Position numbers and translations under genes: made by a program. From positions 186,001 to 250,000 of the IMG/VR virus record IMGVR_UViG_3300035183_000733: 64,000 nucleotides of DNA, one strand, 5' to 3'. The notes beneath the pieces are model-generated. The model worked only from the letters and a program-made list of their open reading frames with translations, was not told the DNA's origin and ran no database searches. Below, one piece after another: positions 56,117 through 64,000 of the stretch. The first letter of the stretch is position 1. Every line of letters begins with the position of its first letter.

Positions 56117-56125
56117 ATCTTATAT

Positions 56126-56812
56126 CTACTTGGTACCGGTATTTCTGGCGAGATCGGACATTTTTTTATAAAACTCGAAACTTGTACTATCTACTTTATC
56201 TTTAAGCCAATTCAGTTCTTCATCATTTATTTTATACTGACATAGGTCCCATCTATGACCTATACCTCCAAATAAAGCACCTTCTTTATATCCCTTAATA
56301 CCTATGGATATTGGCTTGTCCGGAATGAATGTCTTGCCAGTCAACTTCTTCCATATCTCTATGTCGGTGAACACGTAGTTATCATCAGGCCACCGCATCT
56401 TGGAGGCGCCAGCTGCAGACATGAGCGTGCTCATGGCCGAGGCCCTTGGTAAATGCGTGTACTTCAACCAGGCGCGCATACCGAGATGGTAGTAGATTGT
56501 CTCACCTATGCCGTACACGAGCGGGCGACCTGCGTTAATCCAGTTGTTGTACATGGTCTCAATGTAATTGTGCGCATACCAGTCGTCGTCCTCTATGAGC
56601 ACGATGGCCTCGGTATTCGGGTTGGCCGCGAGGATGCGTTCACACCCAATGCGGTATCTCCAGGTAATATCCTTCTTGGCCGCGTCCTTAGGCGGATCGT
56701 CAACGACTTCAACGTGGGTCGGCTTCAGCGTCTGAGCTTCGAGCAACCTGTGTGCATTGGATAGAAATTGCGGTCGGTCGCCGCGGGTCGGAATTAAAAC
56801 CGAAATGTTCAT
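56126..56812 (-). CDS. GT2-family glycosyltransferase
   Basis: ISVLIPTRG, LIEDDDWY. Confidence 0.7.
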   Translation of the reverse strand: MNISVLIPTRGDRPQFLSNAHRLLEAQTLKPTHVEVVDDPPKDAAKKDITWRYRIGCERILAANPNTEAIVLIEDDDWYAHNYIETMYNNWINAGRPLVYGIGETIYYHLGMRAWLKYTHLPRASAMSTLMSAAGASKMRWPDDNYVFTDIEIWKKLTGKTFIPDKPISIGIKGYKEGALFGGIGHRWDLCQYKINDEELNWLKDKVDSTSFEFYKKMSDLARNTGTK

Positions 56813-57945
56813 ATCTTCTTCTTTTTAGCGCGGTCCTTAATACTATTCAGCGTCTGGCCAAAGCTCTTCTCAACATCGAATTTAACGTTAGATGTCTTGC
56901 GACCGTCCTCCTTATAGGTCCAATCCATCCTTCTTCCCATCGATGCGGAGTGCGAAAACTTTACCTTGGACTTGCTCGCGCGTACAAGCTCGTCGCGCAT
57001 CTGCTTTATCTTCTTCATAGTGACCTCGTCTGGTTTGCGGCCATAGAAGTCTTCAAATATCTCCAAGTATATCCTGACTATCTGGTCCTTGTTTAGACCC
57101 GGGCACGTGTTGGCTTCTATAATCCACACCTTGCCTTTCGAGTCGAGACCGAAGTCGAGACCCATAACCTGCAGCTTCAGTTTCTCACAGACAGTCGGCA
57201 TGATGGACTCCATCTGCTTCCACACCTTATCGTCGAGGTCCGAGTTCTTTATCTCGACCCACTTATAGCTGCTACGACCGTCAAGTGTTCCCTTCTTACC
57301 AAATAGGTCCTTGCTCGGGAATATGTTGGCACTCTCCCTCAGACTCTTGGCCTTCTCATTTATCGGGATCCTTTCGGCGATGTACACCCTCTTGCCATTT
57401 ACGGTTATCACCCTGAATTCCCTCTTCAGATCGAACTTCTCGCTGAACAAATCAAGTTTGAATTCTTCGTCCTCCGGTTTAAAACTGTCAAGTTCTTCCT
57501 TGGTTTTAAATACGGTGATGCCCTCTCCTTTGCTACCATCCTTGGGTTTGGCTATTATGGGGAACTTAAGCTTCGATACGTCCTCTTGCTTGAACACGGT
57601 ATTCGGCACGAAGTCAAGACCATCCATCGCCTTGTGGAACTCTATCTTGTCGTTGGCGTACTTAAGGTTATCGGGGTGGTTGTATATGTTCTTCTTTTTG
57701 AAAACGCCGCTCTCTATCAGGTCGTATATCTCATCATGATTACCATAGTTGTAAACCGGCAGCTCGGAGTTTATGGAGTCTTTAAAAATACCTGGCGCCA
57801 TCACGAGATCGAACAGATTCTCCGCCACACGTCGGACAAGGTGGTCGATGTGACTGAAAGAGAACCGATCCGAGTGCGGAATCAGGTATATTTTCCGCAA
57901 GTCTTTCGGGGTTGCATACTCCCCAAACTTCATCAACTTTTTCAT
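56809..57945 (-). CDS. ATP-grasp ligase (RimK-like) with internal-protein-like tag
   Basis: FPIIAKPKDGSKGEGI, REFRV, GLDFGLD, WIIEANTCPG; N-terminus MKKLMKFGEY; GATATATA at 57965-57972. Confidence 0.8.
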   Translation of the reverse strand: MKKLMKFGEYATPKDLRKIYLIPHSDRFSFSHIDHLVRRVAENLFDLVMAPGIFKDSINSELPVYNYGNHDEIYDLIESGVFKKKNIYNHPDNLKYANDKIEFHKAMDGLDFVPNTVFKQEDVSKLKFPIIAKPKDGSKGEGITVFKTKEELDSFKPEDEEFKLDLFSEKFDLKREFRVITVNGKRVYIAERIPINEKAKSLRESANIFPSKDLFGKKGTLDGRSSYKWVEIKNSDLDDKVWKQMESIMPTVCEKLKLQVMGLDFGLDSKGKVWIIEANTCPGLNKDQIVRIYLEIFEDFYGRKPDEVTMKKIKQMRDELVRASKSKVKFSHSASMGRRMDWTYKEDGRKTSNVKFDVEKSFGQTLNSIKDRAKKKKI

Positions 57946-57978
57946 TAACGAACTCTTGTTTTCTTATATATCAAAGAG

Positions 57979-58006
57979 AAAAGCCCGACCTGCTAAGATC
58001 GGGCTT
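57979..58006 (-). terminator. Probable intrinsic terminator
   Basis: AAGCCCGA/TCGGGCTT stem with a short T-run. Confidence 0.5.
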
Positions 58007-58025
58007 GTTTCTTGAAAGCCGGCGC

Positions 58026-58268
58026 TTAAGCCTTAGCTTCTGCCACAGGAGCTGTTTCTGCTGTCGCAGGAGTTGCTGTGGCCTCAGGCTTCTGCTCTAC
58101 AGCGAACACTGATACCGCTTTGTCGAGGAGAGCTGCATCCTTGAGGGTGTATACTCCTTTAGACTGTGCGAAGTGAACGCCTTGGATAAGAAGACCAAGT
58201 GCTTGCTGTGGCGTCAGATTCTCAGGAACCTGGTTGTTTGCCGCCGGTTGTTGAACGTTGTTTTCCAT
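58026..58268 (-). CDS. Small hypothetical protein
   Basis: 80-aa ORF. Confidence 0.55.
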   Translation of the reverse strand: MENNVQQPAANNQVPENLTPQQALGLLIQGVHFAQSKGVYTLKDAALLDKAVSVFAVEQKPEATATPATAETAPVAEAKA

Positions 58269-58395
58269 GGAAACGTTTGGTTTAAGTTACTATTGGATCA
58301 TTATATGCAGGCAGAACTTAGATGTTTCATCGACGGCGGCACGTTTTTCGTTAAGCACCGCCACCGTAAGGGTCATACAAATTATGGAATAATTT

Positions 58396-60939
58396 TTACG
58401 AACATTTCGAACTTCCACACGAAGTACAGGTCAAACACCCCTCCTGGAATATTACAGACTCGGACCCGCAGTCCTTGCACTTCTTATCGGTCGCCCGAGT
58501 GCCGTCCGGGATGTACTTCTTGATCATCCTCTGGATGCCACCCTTCCACGTGGTTATCACCTCGTCATCGAGATTCAATGAAGTGATAAGATCTACCACA
58601 TAAGGCAGGGGCATTCCATGCCTCAGAATTCCTGACAGCATCTTGGCGTAATTCCAGTAATGCGGGTCGAAAGACTTGTTCAACCACTCAACCACAACTT
58701 CCTCACCCTTGTCCACGTAGATGAAGTCGTACTTTGATCCACTGTCGGTTTTGGTTTTGCGTATACGGCCAGTATCGATCTTTCCGGGCACCTTTATGTG
58801 CTCGGCCTTACCTGTGAACACTTCATAAGGTCTGCCATCAAACAGCCCAACAAAACCTATCCACTGTTCGCCCTTGTTCATGAACCTGTGAATGTCGCAC
58901 TCGAGAGTCTTCGGACGGCGAGGCGCATTATTGTCCTTGGCCTTAGGCTTGTCCTCCTCCTTCTCCTTCTTCTCCACAAGAACTCCGGAACGTGACCCGT
59001 CCCTGTATATGGTGCAACCCTTGCAGCCGGCCTTCCAAGCCGCGACGTAAACCTCGTTTACGAGTTCCTCCGTCACGTGATTGGGCAGGTTAACCGTAAC
59101 CGATATTGAGTGGTCAATCCATTTCTGTATCGCACCCTGCATGTTAACCTTCTCCACCCAGTCAACATCATTAGCCATGGCCTTGTAGTAAGGTGACTTC
59201 TCAATTACTTTATTGAGCTCCTCGGTAGACATGTGAGCAACCGCATCTGGATCGTATCCGTTGACAATCATCCAGGTTTTGAAGTGGTGGTGGAACACGT
59301 TATACTCCTCCCAGCTATCTCCGACCTCATCAACGAAATCGACCCTCGCGCTCTTGTCGTTAGGGTTGATCTTCTTACGACGCATGTACGCAGCCATGAA
59401 CGCGCACTCTACACCTGACGTTGTCTGCGTCATCAAAGACACAGTGCCGGTAGGAGCTATGGTCAACAGAGCGATATTTCTACGACCGTACTTGGCGAGC
59501 AATTCGCGCAACTCCGGGTCTGCTTCCTTGAGCCTGTTCAAGAACGGATTGTTGACCTCGAGCTTCTCATCATAAATAGGAAACGCGCCGCGTTCCTTCG
59601 CCATAATTGCCGAACTCTTGTATGCGGATATGGCGAGTGCCTTGTGCACAGACTCGGCAAATGCAGTTGCCTCCTTTGTACCATAACGAAGTCCAAGCGC
59701 TGCAAGCATATCACCCTCGGCCGTAACACCAGTTCCAGTCCTGCGACCATTAGCGCACTTCTGACGAATCTCCTCCCACATAGAAAGCTCGTTGAACTTA
59801 ATCTCTGCGCTCTCTGGATCAGATTTGATTTTGGTTATAATATCATCAATCTTCTCGAGCTCAAGCTCGACAATATTGTCCATCATCCTCTGCGCTATGC
59901 GAACGTGCTTGTCGAACAACTCAAAATCGAAGTAAGCATCCGGAGTGAACGGATTACGAACATACGCATAAAGATTCAAAGCAAGTAATCGGCAAGAATC
60001 GCCAGAACATAATGGCAACTCACCACACGGGTTAGTAGATACGGTCCTGAACCCGAATGCAGAATAGCAATCGGCCGGAGATTCCTTAATGATCTTATCC
60101 CAGAACAAAACGCCCGGCTCCGCAGACTTCCACGCATTATGAATGATCTTCTTCCATAATGCAGCGGCGTCGATCTCCTTGTGAATGCGCCCATCGCCGT
60201 ATATCGGCCACTGCTGCTTGTACATCCGGCCCGCAAGTACGGCATCCATGAAATCATCGTGGATCTTCACAGAAACGTTAGCTCCGGTGACCTTCGTGCT
60301 ATCCATCTTAGCATCGATGAAAGCCTCGGACTCCGGGTGCCGGATAGAAACGGACAACATAAGTGCCCCACGACGCCCATCCTGCGCGACCTCTCGGGTT
60401 GTGTTCGAATAGCGCTGCATGAATGGAACTATACCAGTGGACGTGATTGCTGCATTATTGACGGCAGTGCCCGCTGGCCTAATGTCGGACAAGTCCGTGC
60501 CCACGCCACAACGCCTCTTCTGTAGCTGTGCAATGCGCTCGTCTATCCTCATGATGCCACCGTAAGAATCACCCATTCCGTCTGGGTTACCAACCACGAA
60601 ACAGTTGGACAAAGAAATCTTCTGCAGGTTGTTGCCGATACCTGCCATCGGGCTGCCTTGAGGTATTATGTACCTGAACCTATCGAGTAGAGAAAAGAAC
60701 TCTTCCTCACTCACAGGGTTCGGGAACTTGGCCTCGACCCTGGCGATCTCCGACGCAATCCTACGGTGCATGTCCTCCGGGGTCAGCTCGTAGATGTTGC
60801 CATCGGAATCCTTCAATGCGTACTTGTTAATCCAAACACTCGCCGCCAACTCGTCGCCACCGAAGTAGCTTTTTGCCTTCTCGAGCACCTCAGCGTAGCT
60901 GTAGGATTTTTTCTCTGTTTTAGTTTCGATTACTTCCAT
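58396..60939 (-). CDS. nrdJ: Class II (adenosylcobalamin-dependent) ribonucleotide reductase, Bacteroidota-like
   Basis: SNCFV, STNPCGELPL, IAPTGT, GCTIYRDGSR, C-terminal CxxC...CxxCG.SKC; AASVWINKYALKD N-terminus. Confidence 0.92.
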   Translation of the reverse strand: MEVIETKTEKKSYSYAEVLEKAKSYFGGDELAASVWINKYALKDSDGNIYELTPEDMHRRIASEIARVEAKFPNPVSEEEFFSLLDRFRYIIPQGSPMAGIGNNLQKISLSNCFVVGNPDGMGDSYGGIMRIDERIAQLQKRRCGVGTDLSDIRPAGTAVNNAAITSTGIVPFMQRYSNTTREVAQDGRRGALMLSVSIRHPESEAFIDAKMDSTKVTGANVSVKIHDDFMDAVLAGRMYKQQWPIYGDGRIHKEIDAAALWKKIIHNAWKSAEPGVLFWDKIIKESPADCYSAFGFRTVSTNPCGELPLCSGDSCRLLALNLYAYVRNPFTPDAYFDFELFDKHVRIAQRMMDNIVELELEKIDDIITKIKSDPESAEIKFNELSMWEEIRQKCANGRRTGTGVTAEGDMLAALGLRYGTKEATAFAESVHKALAISAYKSSAIMAKERGAFPIYDEKLEVNNPFLNRLKEADPELRELLAKYGRRNIALLTIAPTGTVSLMTQTTSGVECAFMAAYMRRKKINPNDKSARVDFVDEVGDSWEEYNVFHHHFKTWMIVNGYDPDAVAHMSTEELNKVIEKSPYYKAMANDVDWVEKVNMQGAIQKWIDHSISVTVNLPNHVTEELVNEVYVAAWKAGCKGCTIYRDGSRSGVLVEKKEKEEDKPKAKDNNAPRRPKTLECDIHRFMNKGEQWIGFVGLFDGRPYEVFTGKAEHIKVPGKIDTGRIRKTKTDSGSKYDFIYVDKGEEVVVEWLNKSFDPHYWNYAKMLSGILRHGMPLPYVVDLITSLNLDDEVITTWKGGIQRMIKKYIPDGTRATDKKCKDCGSESVIFQEGCLTCTSCGSSKCS

Positions 60940-60993
60940 CTCTCTTCTGAAAAATTGTTTGTTTTTTTTTATAGAACAATCCCCGAAAAAGTC

Positions 60994-62916
60994 TCACTTT
61001 CTTTCGGGCAGCTCTGTATATATTTCCGCATCTTTTAAGATTTCCAAAACACCCGCAACTACCTCATTTGGAGTCACAAAGGCTGATTTATCTAAGGCAA
61101 CATCGCGCCACCATCTGAACTGGTCCGGGCGCAAATATTCTCTTGATTTTAAGAGGTTTAGGTGGATGGAATGTCCAAAAATTTTTGGGTCCGACTTCGA
61201 AAAAATAACCACACCTTTTTTGTTGTGGTACGCTGCAAAATGAGGGAAGAACGAGTCCACCGACACGAACGTATCGCATGCGTTGAGGATCTTTAGGAGT
61301 TTATCGGGCGCCGCGTTCAGTATGACTTCGTCGCATCCGACCAACTTCTCGCCAGCAACACCTACCTGTATGGTGTAAGCGCCGAGTGCGCGAAGCATGC
61401 CAACCACCTCCGGCCAGTCCTGGTAATTCTTGGCGTTTTCCATCCCCGGCAACTTAGCAGCCCATGGGGCTATCACTATGACTTTACCATCGAGTGAGCC
61501 CTTCTCGAAATCCGATACATCAGGAGTCAACTCTAACTTTGGTTCATTGCTCGGGATAGTATCAACGCTGGATGTCATCCCAGCGAACTTGATAGCGAGG
61601 TCGAACCTCCTCTCTGCGGTAACTGTCACCTTCGCTATTGTATCGACGAGTTCGTCAGGGCCGCCAAATAACTCGTTGACGCACCTGACAACACCCGGCC
61701 AGTCGCGCTCGAAGTAGTCGTGAAACATTATCACGGCGCCGTCCTTCAGCTTGGGCAGGTAGTTCTTTACATCGTTCATGACCGACTCGTAATCGTGCAT
61801 GCTATCTATGAATATGAAGTCGAACTCGTCGTTCTTCAGCAACTGGTGCACGTTCTGCGACATACCAATGAGCGGTGTGACGTTGTTGAGATGCGCGGTG
61901 TTCCTTGCGAAATCAACGTAGGTGGTGAGCGACTGCATCTGAGTCTGTCCGCCGTTGTCCGCCTTGAACGTGTCTATGCACACGATGCTCGTCGCCTTCG
62001 GCGCCATAAAACAAGCGCTCTTGCCCTTGTACGAGCCTATCTCTATACATCTGCGGCCCTCGGCGTTTTTTGCGAGGAACTCGCCCTCCGCCCTGGAGAG
62101 CCATCCCTCGACATTCATTGGATCTTGTAAATTCATCTTCCGTTGTATTCTTAATTTAGCGGCATGCGAGTCCTCTGCCGTATAGTACGAGCCCGTGCTC
62201 TTCCATGTGTAGATTATGCTCGGCTTCTTTGCGTGTACGTGTTTGACCCGATACTTCGCGGCAACGCGCAACCAGTACTCCCAGTCCTCCATCGGGACGG
62301 CATCCTCGGAGAACTGACCGACGTCTATACACTCCCTCTTCATGACCACGGTTGATATGAAGATATAATTGCCCTGCTTGAGCAACTCATAATCGAACTC
62401 CTCCGGATTCGGTATGCCGAATATCTGCAAAGGCTCGCCCTTCTCGTTCTCGCACTCGACGTTCGAATACACCATATCATACCCGTCATCAATGGCCTGC
62501 AAGCTACGGGCCAGGTGCCATGGGAACCACATGTCGTCGCTATCACAAAATGCCACGTGAGTGAAAGCTTCCGGCGTGTTGTCCAAACTCCTTATGTACT
62601 CGAGTGCAACATTTCGTGCAGCGGCCGGTCCGCGGCCGCTGCCATTAAGGATTACGAGCCTCCGAGTGTGCTCTTGCACGATACTCTCGAGAAGTTCCCG
62701 GCTCCCGTCGGTGGCTCCGTCGTCGATGGCGAGAAGTATAATCTCGTTCGGACCGCGCATCTCGGTGGGGTTCAATGCCACGGCGGCGGACCTGAGAATT
62801 AGGCTGTTGCCATCCGCGTCTTTGGTATTCTTGAACGGCATGACTATTGCAATGCGTCCGGCAAAATACGGCGGATCTGGCTTGTCGCATCTCTGGCTCT
62901 CAATATCATTTATCAT
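60994..62916 (-). CDS. Three-domain fusion: GT2 glycosyltransferase, class I methyltransferase, GT9-like domain
   Basis: DDGATDG, FCDSDD; EIGSYKGKS, FIDSMHDY; VSVDSFFPHFA. Confidence 0.75.
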   Translation of the reverse strand: MINDIESQRCDKPDPPYFAGRIAIVMPFKNTKDADGNSLILRSAAVALNPTEMRGPNEIILLAIDDGATDGSRELLESIVQEHTRRLVILNGSGRGPAAARNVALEYIRSLDNTPEAFTHVAFCDSDDMWFPWHLARSLQAIDDGYDMVYSNVECENEKGEPLQIFGIPNPEEFDYELLKQGNYIFISTVVMKRECIDVGQFSEDAVPMEDWEYWLRVAAKYRVKHVHAKKPSIIYTWKSTGSYYTAEDSHAAKLRIQRKMNLQDPMNVEGWLSRAEGEFLAKNAEGRRCIEIGSYKGKSACFMAPKATSIVCIDTFKADNGGQTQMQSLTTYVDFARNTAHLNNVTPLIGMSQNVHQLLKNDEFDFIFIDSMHDYESVMNDVKNYLPKLKDGAVIMFHDYFERDWPGVVRCVNELFGGPDELVDTIAKVTVTAERRFDLAIKFAGMTSSVDTIPSNEPKLELTPDVSDFEKGSLDGKVIVIAPWAAKLPGMENAKNYQDWPEVVGMLRALGAYTIQVGVAGEKLVGCDEVILNAAPDKLLKILNACDTFVSVDSFFPHFAAYHNKKGVVIFSKSDPKIFGHSIHLNLLKSREYLRPDQFRWWRDVALDKSAFVTPNEVVAGVLEILKDAEIYTELPERK

Positions 62917-64000
62917 GACCAGGCCCTCCCCTTCACGTAAAGCTCCCTGAATGCGTCGAGCAACGTACCGTTCCAGTTCTCTTCAACCCCGAACTGATAC
63001 ACGTTCATCTTGCTAATACGTTTTTCGTCGAACATCTGCTTGGCGTCCGCGATGCTCATCAGATCCACGCCGGAATCGTCGAACACGTGGGGGAAGCACG
63101 CAGCTATGGTTATGCGGTCATCCGGGTACTTGGCCTTGACCTCTGGTAGAATCATCTTAAAGCTCCAGTGATCTCCGAGCCCGCAATCGAGAACGATATA
63201 TCTGCGTCCCTTCAGCTTCACCCCCCACTCCTCCATCTTGCGCCTGAATACGGCCTCGTCGGCCTCCCATAGTTTGGAATCGTCGAAACTGCGTATTCCA
63301 CCCACGGTCTCCCTCAAATGATGAGTCACGGCAGAGCGGTCTATCAGGAGCTGCCACCCCGCACGTTTCATCTCGTGCGTGAATATAGTCTCCTCCCTGT
63401 GGCCAACTGTAGACAGCTCCTTACAGTACCCGTGCGCGGCTGCCACCTTCCTGAACACGAAGGTGCTGTACAGATGGTCTGCCGGTATAATGCCAGTTCC
63501 GACAGACCACTGTATGTTGCTGGACGAGCATATCTCCGATATTTTTGTGGAGCAAGGGCCGGGCACATTCTGCCCCGGAGTCGGGACGCTGCCCCCAACG
63601 GCGCCTACCCCTTCGTCGAAGCATGCCATCAGTTTCTCGAGGACATCCGGCTCGGCGGAGTTGTCGTCGTCGAGCCTCCATAGAAACTCGGTGCCCGCCA
63701 TGTCGATGGCCTTCTGGTGGTTTAGCACCTGACCCTTTCCCTCGCCGAACACCACGTCCCAATTTATGCCGGCATCGAGGAGCATCTTGAACAGATGCTG
63801 GTATACGCTGTACTTGCGCAGGTCGACCGGCTTCTCGTTGTAGTCGTCCATGAATATGATCAGACGCTTTGGCTTCAGCTTCTGGTTTATCACTGACATT
63901 ATGGCGAGCGGCAGCGTTGAGAAGTACCTGCCCCTGGTAGATATGTAGCAGGTCACGTCCGCGTGCGTAGCGTAATAAGCATTCTTGGTGCGATGCTCCA
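62913..64000 (-). CDS. GT2-family glycosyltransferase, start beyond the right edge
   Basis: WRLDDD, HREETIF; frame stays open upstream of the track start at 63956. Confidence 0.75.
   Translation of the reverse strand, partial: EHRTKNAYYATHADVTCYISTRGRYFSTLPLAIMSVINQKLKPKRLIIFMDDYNEKPVDLRKYSVYQHLFKMLLDAGINWDVVFGEGKGQVLNHQKAIDMAGTEFLWRLDDDNSAEPDVLEKLMACFDEGVGAVGGSVPTPGQNVPGPCSTKISEICSSSNIQWSVGTGIIPADHLYSTFVFRKVAAAHGYCKELSTVGHREETIFTHEMKRAGWQLLIDRSAVTHHLRETVGGIRSFDDSKLWEADEAVFRRKMEEWGVKLKGRRYIVLDCGLGDHWSFKMILPEVKAKYPDDRITIAACFPHVFDDSGVDLMSIADAKQMFDEKRISKMNVYQFGVEENWNGTLLDAFRELYVKGRAWS

Overview
A 64-kb slice of a very large (jumbo-type) contractile-tailed dsDNA phage genome. It uses the standard genetic code and is gene-dense, mostly on the minus strand. 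A Bacteroidota host is suggested, but only weakly, by the NrdJ type, the absence of obvious Shine-Dalgarno sites and one exact TAnnTTTG promoter. Contents: (1) T4-like baseplate and neck genes (gp6-, gp25-, gp53-, gp5-, gp13-like). (2) About 15 proteins sharing a T4-internal-protein-like N-terminal tag (M-K/R-x-L/I-K..F/Y-E), including two ADP-ribosyltransferase-like proteins, an Acb1-like 2H phosphoesterase and an SprT protease. (3) A translation and tRNA toolkit: S1, SmpB, Thg1-like, Pth2-like, a Nudix-HD fusion, a minimal RNase P RNA and a 7-tRNA operon with interspersed structured RNAs. (4) Nucleotide and cofactor genes (class II RNR, Gmk, CoaE, NT5C). (5) A large glycosylation and methylation cluster. 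The top finding, absent from the ORF track, is a 30-codon leader peptide directly upstream of the tRNA operon. Its 8-codon block AADCAEED uses exactly the codons read by the downstream Ala/Asp/Cys/Glu tRNAs, and it is coupled to mutually exclusive antiterminator and terminator hairpins. This looks like a ribosome-stalling attenuator that switches on phage tRNA genes when the matching tRNAs run short. Many single-base frameshifts, several in homopolymers, suggest consensus sequencing errors, so single-base oddities are down-weighted. No CRISPR array or rRNA was seen. All family assignments come from motif recognition by eye; no database searches were run.
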